A stretch of 64,000 nucleotides of DNA from a virus (Duplodnaviria; Caudoviricetes). The number at the start of each line of letters is the position of its first letter. Within the stretch, counting starts at the first letter, position 1. The stretch is taken from the IMG/VR virus record IMGVR_UViG_3300030202_001434, positions 1,233-65,232 of that record; one strand, written 5' to 3'. The position numbers and the translations under genes were made by a program. The notes below the pieces were generated by a model. It did no database searches. It saw only the letters and a list, made by a program, of their open reading frames with translations, and had not been told where the DNA came from. Of the stretch, positions 8,405-18,657 are shown one piece after another.

Positions 8405-8638
8405 ATGCAATACGATTATAAAGACATCGAAAAGATCAGTAATTATAAAACCTGGTCTCGTAGAAAAATAGTTGATGCACTACTTTCTATTGATTCAGAT
8501 ATGTATACTCAACTAGGTTTGGAATCCACTCCAAAAGAAATTAAACAAACTAAAATTAAATCTAAAAACATTTACAAAACCATAAGCAAGGTAAATCCCA
8601 GGTTAGGTAAATTGTTTTTACAAGCAATGGATAATTAA
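8405..8638 (+). CDS. hypothetical protein
   Basis: ORF track; TATCTTTA promoter-like variant at 8392-8399. Confidence 0.65.
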   Translation: MQYDYKDIEKISNYKTWSRRKIVDALLSIDSDMYTQLGLESTPKEIKQTKIKSKNIYKTISKVNPRLGKLFLQAMDN

Positions 8639-8648
8639 ATAAAAAACT

Positions 8649-8771
8649 ATGGCACAAGGTGTAATTGAAAACGAAATTTTTGAACATTATAGACTTGAAG
8701 AAAAAAAAGTTGTTGATGCGAAGAAACTTCTCAAAGAAAAAGGTTATATTACAATAAAAAAGAAAATATAG
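8649..8771 (+). CDS. small hypothetical protein (40 aa, not in ORF track)
   Basis: MAQGVIENEIFEHYRLEEKKVVDAKKLLKEKGYITIKKKI*; fills the gap in the operon. Confidence 0.55.
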   Translation: MAQGVIENEIFEHYRLEEKKVVDAKKLLKEKGYITIKKKI

Positions 8772-8774
8772 CCA

Positions 8775-8969
8775 ATGGCTCATAAGATTTCAGTTGATGA
8801 TGTAAATGCAATTAAGCACATTAATTATGTGACTAACAACTCTCACGACCTCGTAACTGAACTCTATGAAGACCTTATGGAGCGTGATCATAACCAAGCA
8901 AAGATCAAAGCCCAGAACATCTGTCAAATCATGACAGAGTTAATTCACTCTTTATCAGATGAAGTCTAG
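8775..8969 (+). CDS. hypothetical protein
   Basis: ORF track. Confidence 0.65.
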   Translation: MAHKISVDDVNAIKHINYVTNNSHDLVTELYEDLMERDHNQAKIKAQNICQIMTELIHSLSDEV

Positions 8970-10059
8970 GAAAGCTGAAGGCCCACGCCTTAGGTTGTCT
9001 ATGGAAGAAGTAGACATGATAAGGGAGTTAAGAGCTAATAAGATAGATAACCTTAACGACAATTCTGCTCTAACCGATCATTTAAAAGAAAGAGGTATAG
9101 ACAAGGATGATGTTATTAGTGTTAAACATTGGCAAAGCGCTAGCGGTGAGTATCGTTTTTCAATTGTAACTAAAGAGAATTTAGGTATAAAAGAGAAAGA
9201 TATATTTGATAAGGTAAATAAGTTTGTAGAAAATTATTCACCGACCTATACTCCAATAAAAAGAAAACGTCAGGTGGATCCACATCTGCTTGTAATTAAT
9301 CCTGCTGATATTCATATTGGTAAGTATGCTAAATCATTAGAGACTGGAGAAGAATATAATTCTGAAATAGCAGTCAAAAGAGTTATGGATGGGTTATATG
9401 GATTGGTAGAAAAGTCACAAGGATTTGAAATAGAAAGAGTATTGTTTTGTATTGGTAATGATGTATTACATATTGATAATGTTTATGCTACTACTACAAA
9501 AGGAACACACCAAGACACTGATGGTAAATGGTGGGAACATTATGAGCTTGCTTTAGCTTTGTATGTAGAGTGTATTGAAACGCTTCGTCAAATAGCTCCA
9601 GTAGATGTAGTTCATAGTATGAGTAACCACGATTATCAATCAGGGTTTCATTTAGCGCACACACTTCAAGCTTGGTTTAGAAAAGCTAAAGACGTTACAT
9701 TTGATGTTAGTGTGGCGCACAGAAAGTATTATCAGTACGGCACTTCTTTAATAGGTATCGAGCATGGTGATGGTGCTAAGATGGATAACCTTCCGTTGCT
9801 TATGGCGCAAGAACAACCTGCAATGTGGGCTAATACTAAGACTAGATATTGGTATCTACATCATTTGCATCATAAAGTAAAATATAAATGGAGAGACGCT
9901 AAGGACTTCATAGGAGTCACTGTAGAGTACATGAGGTCTCCTTCGGGTACTGATAGCTGGCACGCAAGAAAAGGCTATACAGGCGCTCCTAAGGCTTGTG
10001 AGGGCTTTATACACCATAAAGAACTAGGCCAGGTGGCTAGACTCACTCATTTCTTCTAA
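8959..10059 (+). CDS. calcineurin-like metallophosphoesterase
   Basis: DIHIGK, GNDVLHID, SNHD, HGD, HHLHH metal-binding motifs. Confidence 0.8.
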   Translation: MKSRKAEGPRLRLSMEEVDMIRELRANKIDNLNDNSALTDHLKERGIDKDDVISVKHWQSASGEYRFSIVTKENLGIKEKDIFDKVNKFVENYSPTYTPIKRKRQVDPHLLVINPADIHIGKYAKSLETGEEYNSEIAVKRVMDGLYGLVEKSQGFEIERVLFCIGNDVLHIDNVYATTTKGTHQDTDGKWWEHYELALALYVECIETLRQIAPVDVVHSMSNHDYQSGFHLAHTLQAWFRKAKDVTFDVSVAHRKYYQYGTSLIGIEHGDGAKMDNLPLLMAQEQPAMWANTKTRYWYLHHLHHKVKYKWRDAKDFIGVTVEYMRSPSGTDSWHARKGYTGAPKACEGFIHHKELGQVARLTHFF

Positions 10060-10296
10060 TCTCATCATTAGTTTTTTTGAATGCAACAAATCAGCACATT
10101 TCTCATACTCCTCTAAGTCTTCAAAGTATTCAATTAACTCATCAAACACCTCTTCATAATCATCTATAATATCTTTAGTAGGATCAAATATTAAAGTAAC
10201 TTTTATGTCACGATTTAATAATTGCTCGTACCCAACTTTGTTAGTTATTACATAATAACTTTGTAGCATAAAAGTATGTTCATCGAAATGTTTCAT
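10024..10296 (-). CDS. hypothetical protein with UVR-like C-terminal motif
   Basis: YFEDLEEYEKCADL; last gene of the - strand arm. Confidence 0.6.
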   Translation of the reverse strand: MKHFDEHTFMLQSYYVITNKVGYEQLLNRDIKVTLIFDPTKDIIDDYEEVFDELIEYFEDLEEYEKCADLLHSKKLMMRLEEMSESSHLA

Positions 10297-13200
10297 AAGC
10301 CTAGATCTTTTTCAGTTTGAGATTTTTTCTTTTTATCAGGTCTAAATTCACTCGGCATTTCTTTTAAAGGAATATATGCCGCTTGAACTATAGCATTAAT
10401 TTCTTTTTTACTAAAATTAATCTTTCTTCCCCTAAGTGTTCTTTCTATTTTTTCTGGATCTACCCCTAAAAGCAAAGCGGCTCTAATTTGTTCGTATGCA
10501 TACAAAAAACTTTCTCTTCTTTGCTTGTTTGTTTTTTCATACAACTTAATTAAATCAGCAACTCCCTCCTCTGTAATTTCGTTTTTTCTTATAAAATTTC
10601 TAACATCATTATAATATTCTTTTTCTGCACTCATTTGAGCTTCTCTTTCTGGCTGTAAATTAAAATACAATTGTCTTGAAACATCAACATCATAATCTCT
10701 TTTACCCAAGAGTTTTCCTATTTTAGATTCTGTAAGATTTCTTCCAGACAAGAAACCTTTTCCAAAAGCATCTTCAAGTTGCAACACTGCTCCTGGCAGT
10801 ATAGCTCTTCTTACAAAAGGAACTAAAAAGTCATCAGTAAAGTCACCAGCTTTTCCTTTAGATTTTTTATTTTCCAAAGCATCTACATAAGCTTGAACAA
10901 CAAAATCAGGACTAGCAAATGTTCTTACTTGCTCAACAGCTAACCCTTCTAGCGCATCTTTCCAATTTTTTGACTGTAACAAAACGCTAATATTAGCTTC
11001 TAACAATTGATGCGGATCAAATGTTGATGCGTCTGTAAATTTTAGTCTACCATCTTCAGCTTGAGTTATAATTAGTTTTTGATTTTTTTGCCAATCATAA
11101 ACAAAATTTCTAATCGCCAGTTCCTTAGCTGATAGTTGACCGAAAGTTTGCGCCTCCTCTTCTTCAGGCTCTTCACCTTTAAATCCTAAACCAAATAAAG
11201 GTAAGAATCCTCCTAACACTTTACCGCCTAGTGCAGTGGCAGTGGTATAAAACGCACCATCTCTAAAACCTATATACGACATTATATTAGTTATTTTTCT
11301 AATACCTTCTTTTCTTAATCGTTCTCCTTTTGCTTTATCTGATTTATCTTTAATAAGTTTATTACCTTCTACTATCATATTATAAGCGTTACCCACAGTA
11401 TTGTAAGCTGTTCTATAAGATTCCGCTTGAAAAGAAATAAAGTTACCAGCTAATGGAAATGTTTTAAAAAATCTAGCTAACCCTGGTATTCTTGAATAAT
11501 TTGGATATTGGTTTTTTACCATTTCTGCCGCTTTTTCTTGAACTTCTTTTAACTCATTTTCATTTAAATCCTTTACTTCTTTATTAAACAAAACTTTAGA
11601 TAAGCTTTTTGACTCTTGCTCATAACCCATAATTTTCCAAAAGTCATCTCCTATTCTATAGCTTTTTGCAGCTTTTTTATATAACTTCCCGCCAGTCTTA
11701 CTCCATAAAAAACTAACCAAATTTTTTCTATAACTAGGCTCTTGTGACAATCTTTCAAACATGTCTCGTTCGTTATCAGCCTCATTTAATAAATCTTGTA
11801 ATTCTCTTACATCTACATTCTGATCAATTATACCTAACTTATAATATTCTTCTAACGTTTTAGCTTGCTCTTCACTACTTTTATTATTCCATATAGCTTT
11901 TATACCCTTAGCGGCTTTTACATAACTACCAAAATTTAACTCTCCATTTACAATAGATATAGGAAGATGTCCGTTAGCAATTGCAAAGTTTACGTTTGAT
12001 AAAACGTTTATTAATTGAGTTGAAGGAGATAATATTGTTTTAGCAGCTCTTGGATATGCTACTAAAGCTTTCATATAAAAATCATAGATTCCTCTAGCTA
12101 TTTTAGATTTAGTATCTTTACCTTCAGGTCTTGGAATTAAAGCTGATTTTTTTGGAAACAATGAATTCGCAATATCCGGATAGGTATACAACCCGTCTAA
12201 AGGAGAATAATTTTCATTATCTTTTGATGATATTCTATCCAACCCTTTTCGGTTAGGATCATTTTTGCTAAATATATATTTACCAATTCCATTTTCATAA
12301 ACTGATTGTAAGAAATTAGCACTACTTAAAACTGAACCTACCTTAGTCATTGTTGTTAAGTAATTCGCTACGGGATCCGTAATCTCCCCATAAAGTTTTC
12401 TTATTGGTTCAGGAACTTCTTTTCTTTGTTTTAAAACTTTTAAATCCTTTCCACCACCTGTATATAAATTTAAAAAATCTGTAGCCGAGGTTGGCTCTGC
12501 TAACAGGTCGTCTATTCTAGATTCTACCATTCTATTTAAAGTGTCTTCAAATTTTTCATTAGTCTTTTTAGACTCAGCTTCTACTTCTTTTATAAATTCC
12601 TTATCTTTCTTTATAAAATCTCTAGCTTCTTCTAAAACTTCTTGATCTAAAGTTTCTTTAAATTTATCACCTTTAACCTTTCCTTCAAATAATCTGTAAG
12701 ACCTCGTCACATATTTACCTAATTGACTTTTTATTGTTTCTTTTGCACCTTCTTTAGCTAAATTAGGGGTTTCTAAAACTTGCTGAGACATAGTGTCAAT
12801 ATCTGTTCTCATTTTCGAAACTACTTTTGCAAGTTGTTCGCTTATGTTTTTTATTTCTCCCTTTTTATTTTTAAATACAATATCCTTAGCATCCATTTCA
12901 CCTCTAAGCACCTTACCTAAATCTTCGTTTAATTTTTCTAAAGCTGCTTGATCTAGTTTTTTAGATTTTTTTAATTTTTCAAATAATCTGTTAAATTCTG
13001 TTGCAGTTTTTTCCGCTCTGAATACTATAGCATTATATTGATCACTCTTAGTTTCTTTAGCTTTGAATATACTTTTAGGAATATTACCAGCAGCTTGAAA
13101 AGCTTTTTTAGTGTAACTGTTTATAAAATTTACTGCCTTTGCTATTTTAGGGTTTTTCTTTGAATCTATATTTACTTTTAATCCTTTAAATATTTTAGAT

Positions 13201-15875
13201 AAAATAGGTACAGTAATTTCTGCGTCTCCATCAAGAGAAGTATAACCTTCTTCTCTCTGTGCTTCTTTTACTTCTTGTTCACTTAACCTAGTATCTCTAT
13301 CTAACTTTTCGTTTTCTGTTAACTCTACTTCCTCTTCGGTCTTCGTTTCAGTCTCAGTTTCGGTTTTGGCTTTACTCTCTCCGGTAAGTTCGGAGTCGAG
13401 TACAGGCGACTCCACCTCTTTGCTACTGTCGGTAGATTTTTCATCATCCACCTTCTTTGGGCTTGGCTCTTGAATGGCATCTTTATCTGTTTTAAGTTTG
13501 TCTTGGGTTTCTTTTTTATCTCTATTTACTACTTCGTTTATTTGTTGATCAACATCTTCAATCTTTTTATCTACATCTTCTTTTAATGGGCCTTCTAAAC
13601 CTTCTCTTTGAGATATTAACTGTTGTCTTTGTTGCAATAAGTCAGAAGTCTCTAACATATTATTACTATTGGTAATTGTACCTTTAGTTCTTAGTTCAGC
13701 AGCTTGCATGTCATAAACTTCCTGATAAACATTTTGTCCCTCTTGTGCTGTTATCTCTCCATTTTTTACAAGCTGATCTATAGTGCCTTGAAGATCGTTT
13801 ATATTTGTACCAACGTACCTTAAAGCATCTAGTCTAGTATTTTTGTTTATTAAGGTTTTACTACCTAATGTACCTGTGGCTCCTAATGTTAGTATTACTG
13901 TTTCTAAAATCTCTGCTTTAGATACTTCAGCGCTTCTTACCTCTCTGCCAATATTATAATTTACAGCCGCGTTTACAGCTTTAGTTGAAAATAAAACAGG
14001 AAGCTCTTCAATTAAAGTTTCCCTACTCATTTCTATTCCCAAATCTTTTAACTTTCTTTTTAATTCATCTTTGCTATATTTAGCTCCGTCTTTCTTTACT
14101 ATGTTAATTACCTGCTGTTTAAACCCTGCTAAATTTGACAATACTTTTTGATTCCCGCCAGCTAATCCTGAAAACAATCCATCTAAAGATGCAATAGCAT
14201 TACCAGCCATAATAGCTTTATCCATAGCTTCTTTTTCTGTTAAACCAGCGGCCATTAAATCAGATCTCATACTTTCAACTTCAGCCGCCATAGAACTTCC
14301 GTAAGATGCCAATCCCATTCCTACACCAGGAGATACACCTAGGGTTTTACTTAACCCTTTACCTCCTCTAATTAAACCATATAAGTTTGCTAGAGTTGTG
14401 AAACCAGAGGATATAACTCCTCCTCCATCAAAAAATGTTTCTGTATTTGAAACCTTTTCTGAACGTTCTTGCACCTCTTTGATTAGCTCATCAGAAATTA
14501 TTCCATTCATATTAACATGAGACTTACGATCTAACACTGCGCCGTCAGTTGTAACTATATATTCTTTTCCGTTTACCGTTACTGCCTTACCGTCTATGAT
14601 ACCGCTTCTTTGTACGGGATCTACAAACTGTTCAAAACTTTCTTGTCCATCTAAAAACCTTTCTGTTAATCCAGCCAACAAACCTTTTTGATCAAACCCT
14701 ACAGCTGATAAAGCCTGATCAGCTCCTGAAGTAATAAAAGCTAAACTACCCATTGCAAAATCTGATAAAGCTACAGGTATGGTTTTTAAAACATTACCTA
14801 CCTCAGTCGTTACTTCTCCAACATTGTCTCCTGAATGCGCAGCATCATAAACATTTTTTCTACGCTCTAAATCTCTGTCTTGTGTATACTCTTTTAAAGT
14901 TGGAAATAAATTTGCTAATCCATTTAATTGTTGTAGCTCTTCTATGTACTTAGACTCTAGTTGTCCTTTTATGTTTTGAAGTTGTAATTTATCTACTGGA
15001 TCTGTAGCTAGTTCTAATTTGGTATTAACTAAATTAATATCATCATTTAATTTACCTAACACAGATGCTTTATAACTTGCAATCTTTTCAAAATCTCTTT
15101 GTTCTTTATTAAACGCTTCAGTTTTATCTGTGGTTAAAAGGTTTTTTACCCACTTAAAAGTTTTACTTTCTTCTCTAGTAGTCTCTTCTTCCCACGCTTT
15201 GTAATCATTAGGATCTATTTTTACTCTATCTAGTAACGTTTCCGTTACATCAGTTTCATATCCTTCTGTAGCTTCTCTTTGTTCTTTTGGTTTTAAAATA
15301 GCGGAATCAAAATCTATTTGAGTTTTGTCATTACCTTTATCTACTAAGTAAGTAGCGTAATATCCATCTACAAACTCTTCTTCTGAGCCAAGAAAATCAC
15401 CCCCTTGTCCAGTAGAAGGGTTTCCAAATCGAGCTTGTCTATATAAAGCATCGATGTTTACGTTTTGAGAAATTAAGAATTGTTTTTTTTCGTCAGTAGT
15501 TTTTCCTTCTTCTTCTTCTGTTACAACTACATTTTCAGTTTCAGTTTCTAAAACCTCAGGTATTTCCTCAGGTATTTCCTCTTCTGTTACTTCTGAACCA
15601 ACCAAGGAACCATCTTGTTCTTCCTCGTTCGTACCGAATACCAAATCCTTTTCCAGAACAGATAAGTCGGATTCGTCTTTTTTTTTTAACCCTACATTAG
15701 AGCTCCAAGTATCAATATCACTATCTGTGAAATTATTTTCAAGCAGATATCCATGAACATTTTTTTGTATATCTTCACTGCCCGCAAAATTTGACTTCCA
15801 AGTTTCAAAGTCACTTGTAGTCATTCCATCCTGGGTAAGTTGATTCCAAATGTTTTGTAATATTTCTTCGTTCAT
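10293..15875 (-). CDS. giant internal virion / DNA ejection protein
   Basis: 1860 aa, predicted helical, last of three large genes after the tail genes, as in podoviruses. Confidence 0.65.
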   Translation of the reverse strand: MNEEILQNIWNQLTQDGMTTSDFETWKSNFAGSEDIQKNVHGYLLENNFTDSDIDTWSSNVGLKKKDESDLSVLEKDLVFGTNEEEQDGSLVGSEVTEEEIPEEIPEVLETETENVVVTEEEEGKTTDEKKQFLISQNVNIDALYRQARFGNPSTGQGGDFLGSEEEFVDGYYATYLVDKGNDKTQIDFDSAILKPKEQREATEGYETDVTETLLDRVKIDPNDYKAWEEETTREESKTFKWVKNLLTTDKTEAFNKEQRDFEKIASYKASVLGKLNDDINLVNTKLELATDPVDKLQLQNIKGQLESKYIEELQQLNGLANLFPTLKEYTQDRDLERRKNVYDAAHSGDNVGEVTTEVGNVLKTIPVALSDFAMGSLAFITSGADQALSAVGFDQKGLLAGLTERFLDGQESFEQFVDPVQRSGIIDGKAVTVNGKEYIVTTDGAVLDRKSHVNMNGIISDELIKEVQERSEKVSNTETFFDGGGVISSGFTTLANLYGLIRGGKGLSKTLGVSPGVGMGLASYGSSMAAEVESMRSDLMAAGLTEKEAMDKAIMAGNAIASLDGLFSGLAGGNQKVLSNLAGFKQQVINIVKKDGAKYSKDELKRKLKDLGIEMSRETLIEELPVLFSTKAVNAAVNYNIGREVRSAEVSKAEILETVILTLGATGTLGSKTLINKNTRLDALRYVGTNINDLQGTIDQLVKNGEITAQEGQNVYQEVYDMQAAELRTKGTITNSNNMLETSDLLQQRQQLISQREGLEGPLKEDVDKKIEDVDQQINEVVNRDKKETQDKLKTDKDAIQEPSPKKVDDEKSTDSSKEVESPVLDSELTGESKAKTETETETKTEEEVELTENEKLDRDTRLSEQEVKEAQREEGYTSLDGDAEITVPILSKIFKGLKVNIDSKKNPKIAKAVNFINSYTKKAFQAAGNIPKSIFKAKETKSDQYNAIVFRAEKTATEFNRLFEKLKKSKKLDQAALEKLNEDLGKVLRGEMDAKDIVFKNKKGEIKNISEQLAKVVSKMRTDIDTMSQQVLETPNLAKEGAKETIKSQLGKYVTRSYRLFEGKVKGDKFKETLDQEVLEEARDFIKKDKEFIKEVEAESKKTNEKFEDTLNRMVESRIDDLLAEPTSATDFLNLYTGGGKDLKVLKQRKEVPEPIRKLYGEITDPVANYLTTMTKVGSVLSSANFLQSVYENGIGKYIFSKNDPNRKGLDRISSKDNENYSPLDGLYTYPDIANSLFPKKSALIPRPEGKDTKSKIARGIYDFYMKALVAYPRAAKTILSPSTQLINVLSNVNFAIANGHLPISIVNGELNFGSYVKAAKGIKAIWNNKSSEEQAKTLEEYYKLGIIDQNVDVRELQDLLNEADNERDMFERLSQEPSYRKNLVSFLWSKTGGKLYKKAAKSYRIGDDFWKIMGYEQESKSLSKVLFNKEVKDLNENELKEVQEKAAEMVKNQYPNYSRIPGLARFFKTFPLAGNFISFQAESYRTAYNTVGNAYNMIVEGNKLIKDKSDKAKGERLRKEGIRKITNIMSYIGFRDGAFYTTATALGGKVLGGFLPLFGLGFKGEEPEEEEAQTFGQLSAKELAIRNFVYDWQKNQKLIITQAEDGRLKFTDASTFDPHQLLEANISVLLQSKNWKDALEGLAVEQVRTFASPDFVVQAYVDALENKKSKGKAGDFTDDFLVPFVRRAILPGAVLQLEDAFGKGFLSGRNLTESKIGKLLGKRDYDVDVSRQLYFNLQPEREAQMSAEKEYYNDVRNFIRKNEITEEGVADLIKLYEKTNKQRRESFLYAYEQIRAALLLGVDPEKIERTLRGRKINFSKKEINAIVQAAYIPLKEMPSEFRPDKKKKSQTEKDLGL
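13325..13480 (-). CDS. nested (+1 frame) small basic protein inside the ejection protein gene
   Basis: MPFKSQAQRRWMMKNLPTVAKRWSRLYSTPNLPERVKPKPKLRLKRRPKRK*; A-rich upstream context; host-frame codon usage disturbed over this span. Confidence 0.6.
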   Translation of the reverse strand: MPFKSQAQRRWMMKNLPTVAKRWSRLYSTPNLPERVKPKPKLRLKRRPKRK

Positions 15876-15885
15876 TATTTATTTT

Positions 15886-17793
15886 TTATCCCATACTTCC
15901 TGAGCCAGCACTCGGGTTGTTAGCATTGTTAATTTTAGCTTCAATTACATTCATTAATCTTGCTCCATCATTTCCTATTCCCTCTTTTGAAATTCCTAAA
16001 TCAATCGGTTTTGATTGATATATAACTTCTAACTTACCGTCTGGTCTAACATTAAATTCAAACGCTTTTCCTCTTAACCTAGGTTTAAACGCAGCGTTTA
16101 CCATGTTAGTAATTTGAGACCACTTGTATTGATCAAGTTTTTTATCAGCTTCACTTTCTTTTTCAGCATTTTGTTCTTCTTTAGCTTTTGTTAATTCTTG
16201 CAATGCAACTATACCTCCTTCATCATCTTTAAAGTCTTCTTTTAGTATATTACTTATGGCTTGTGATGCAGGATAACTACTTTTACCTAAAGGTACTTCA
16301 ATATTTCCTGATTCTTTTAATACACTAGCTTTTCTTTCATAGTTTTCTATACCTCTAAATTCATTGAATTTGTTTCCTTTCTTTTTAAATGCCTCTTTAA
16401 ATTCTGTTAAATCTTGAGCATCAATACCAGATTTTATTACCATCTCCATAACAATCTCTTCACCTGATTTTACGTTTCCTTTTTCATCTTTAATCCTGAT
16501 TTTTCCATCAACCATTTCTTTTCTTTGAGGATCGTAGTATTGTACAATTATACTGTCTGCATTTTGGTAATCAGCCTTTTCAACATTCTCACCCTTTGAA
16601 TCTACCATTTGTATAGATTGAATATTGTCGTAAGTGCTATCTGTATCAATAGTATTTAAAGCATCCTGACTTCTTTCAGGATCAAATATTTTATTGAAAG
16701 CATCAACTCTTCCTGACTTAGAAGCTAGATCTTTTTTTATTCTATCAGTCCTGTCTTGATTATTAAAGCCTTGAGTTTCATCTTCTTTTCTTGTAAGTTG
16801 ACTATCTATTAAATCACCTACTATTTTCTTAGCTTCATCCTGTTGTTCTTTAGTAAGTTCTGGTACAGGTTTATCTCCAGACATGTCTATTTTTATAAAG
16901 TTTTCTTTAGTTACAGTTGGATCTTTTTCTTGCGCTTCTTCAAGAGTTCTACCTAAAACATAACCTTGTTGAGTCAATATCTGAGTCATGTGATAATCAT
17001 TACTTGTCAGTTTGTCAATACTTGCTTGTTTCCATTTAGGATAACTAGGCGCAGTGGTAAAATCTTCAATAGTTTCAACAACACCATTGGCTTTTCTGTT
17101 AGCTATAATGTGTTGACCTATAAACTCTACTTCTTTATTAACTAACTCTGCGGTATCTCTTTTCTTTTCATCAAAATTCATTCTTGAATTTATACTTGCA
17201 GGATTACCAAAAGCACCAGGGTTTTTTAAAGCATCTGGCATTATAGTATAATTACCATTTTTATCTTTTCCCATACTAACAACTTGTATTTGGCCGTTAG
17301 CTGGGTTAGTCATTATAGTTTTATCTTTTAAATTTCCAAACGAAGCAATGTCTGCGGCTGTAAAAGCGTCTAGTTCAGACTGAGTACCTGCTTCTAATGC
17401 ATCCATTTTGGCTGTATTCCATTTGTCCCAGTTCTTTACTATATTACCAAACTCTGAATAACCATTTTTTTGTGACTGTAAAAACAAAGAATAATCTTTT
17501 GGTTTTCTTAAACCTCTTTTTACTAAAGCAGCTTCTCTTAATAAATATTGTTTTGAATTATCACTACCCTCCAAAACAATTCTATTTAAAGACCTGTCAT
17601 TTACATCAGGTAGTTTATTTAATTGATCCATCTGATCTTGAGTCGCTTTATCTATAGCGTCTCTCTCAGCTACTTTTAAATCTCTTAAATTTTTTAATTG
17701 AGTACTAATAGTGTTTGCTACCGTACCCCAATTAATTTGTGGATCACTATCTAAACCTTGATATACTGAATATTTATTTCCTTTTTCTGCCAT
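15886..17793 (-). CDS. putative internal virion / ejection protein
   Basis: 635 aa; position between pilot-like protein and giant protein. Confidence 0.55.
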   Translation of the reverse strand: MAEKGNKYSVYQGLDSDPQINWGTVANTISTQLKNLRDLKVAERDAIDKATQDQMDQLNKLPDVNDRSLNRIVLEGSDNSKQYLLREAALVKRGLRKPKDYSLFLQSQKNGYSEFGNIVKNWDKWNTAKMDALEAGTQSELDAFTAADIASFGNLKDKTIMTNPANGQIQVVSMGKDKNGNYTIMPDALKNPGAFGNPASINSRMNFDEKKRDTAELVNKEVEFIGQHIIANRKANGVVETIEDFTTAPSYPKWKQASIDKLTSNDYHMTQILTQQGYVLGRTLEEAQEKDPTVTKENFIKIDMSGDKPVPELTKEQQDEAKKIVGDLIDSQLTRKEDETQGFNNQDRTDRIKKDLASKSGRVDAFNKIFDPERSQDALNTIDTDSTYDNIQSIQMVDSKGENVEKADYQNADSIIVQYYDPQRKEMVDGKIRIKDEKGNVKSGEEIVMEMVIKSGIDAQDLTEFKEAFKKKGNKFNEFRGIENYERKASVLKESGNIEVPLGKSSYPASQAISNILKEDFKDDEGGIVALQELTKAKEEQNAEKESEADKKLDQYKWSQITNMVNAAFKPRLRGKAFEFNVRPDGKLEVIYQSKPIDLGISKEGIGNDGARLMNVIEAKINNANNPSAGSGSMG

Positions 17794-17802
17794 AACGTTT
17801 TT

Positions 17803-18657
17803 TTACTGTCCTAAATATACTGGTGCTGATATTCCTACGCCTGATGAAACAGGAGCAAGTCCAGCTGGCTGGATAGCATTGACAGTAGGAGTTACTATTC
17901 TATTAATAAAGTCAAAATCAAATTGTTCGTTTTTTATTTGTTCCATTATAACTTGTAGTTCTGAACCACTCATACTTTCTAAATTAGGTATTTGTGATAA
18001 CCTATCAATAATAGCACTATCATCTAATCCTTGTAAATTTAATTTTGATTTGTCAGCTGCGGTAATTGAACCTAACAATTTGCCAGCTCTTCTATCCGCT
18101 TTGCTTTTACTGAATGCTGGAACTAAATCAGATGCCGCTCCTGCTACCGCACCAAGACCCTCTACTGCTTGTTGCATACCTTGGCTTTCTAAACGTCTTT
18201 GATCTCTAGCTCTAGCTGACTGATCAGCTGCTGCACCTACATTTATATCTATTAATTGCTGATTAACATTTTGCTTTGCATCAGCTTTCATTTTATTGTT
18301 TTGATATAAAGCTTCACCCATAGCAATACGAGTTTTTTCACCTTGATCAGCAGCCAAAGCGCCAACCCTACCTACACCAGAAGCGACTGCTCTCGCATCT
18401 CCTTCTTGTAGAGCTTGAAGACTTTGTTGTTGTTGTTGTAATTGTTCTTCAAATTGTTTGTTAAAAGCATCTAAAGGAACATTTAGTCCTTCATAAAAGT
18501 TTCTTTCAGCTTTTCTTTCAGCCTCTTTCATTAAGAGCTTTGATTCTCTTTCAGCTTTTGCAGCTGCTCTTCTTGCTTTAGCTGCGTTACCTATACCAAT
18601 ACCCACAGATCCTAGACCTATGGCTGCTGATGTTATTCCTAATGCTAATCCTGACAT
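17803..18657 (-). CDS. putative pilot / ejection protein
   Basis: Gly/Ala-rich hydrophobic N-terminus followed by Ala/Gln-rich helices. Confidence 0.55.
   Translation of the reverse strand: MSGLALGITSAAIGLGSVGIGIGNAAKARRAAAKAERESKLLMKEAERKAERNFYEGLNVPLDAFNKQFEEQLQQQQQSLQALQEGDARAVASGVGRVGALAADQGEKTRIAMGEALYQNNKMKADAKQNVNQQLIDINVGAAADQSARARDQRRLESQGMQQAVEGLGAVAGAASDLVPAFSKSKADRRAGKLLGSITAADKSKLNLQGLDDSAIIDRLSQIPNLESMSGSELQVIMEQIKNEQFDFDFINRIVTPTVNAIQPAGLAPVSSGVGISAPVYLGQ

Noticed and set aside
15556-15579. 12-bp tandem repeat TCAGGTATTTCC
   Set aside because: Explained as a local duplication encoding EIPE-EIPE in a low-complexity linker.
10293-15875. Virion RNA polymerase (crAss-like or N4-like) in the giant ORF
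   Set aside because: No DxDxD-type catalytic motif recognised; the host-type promoters also argue against it.
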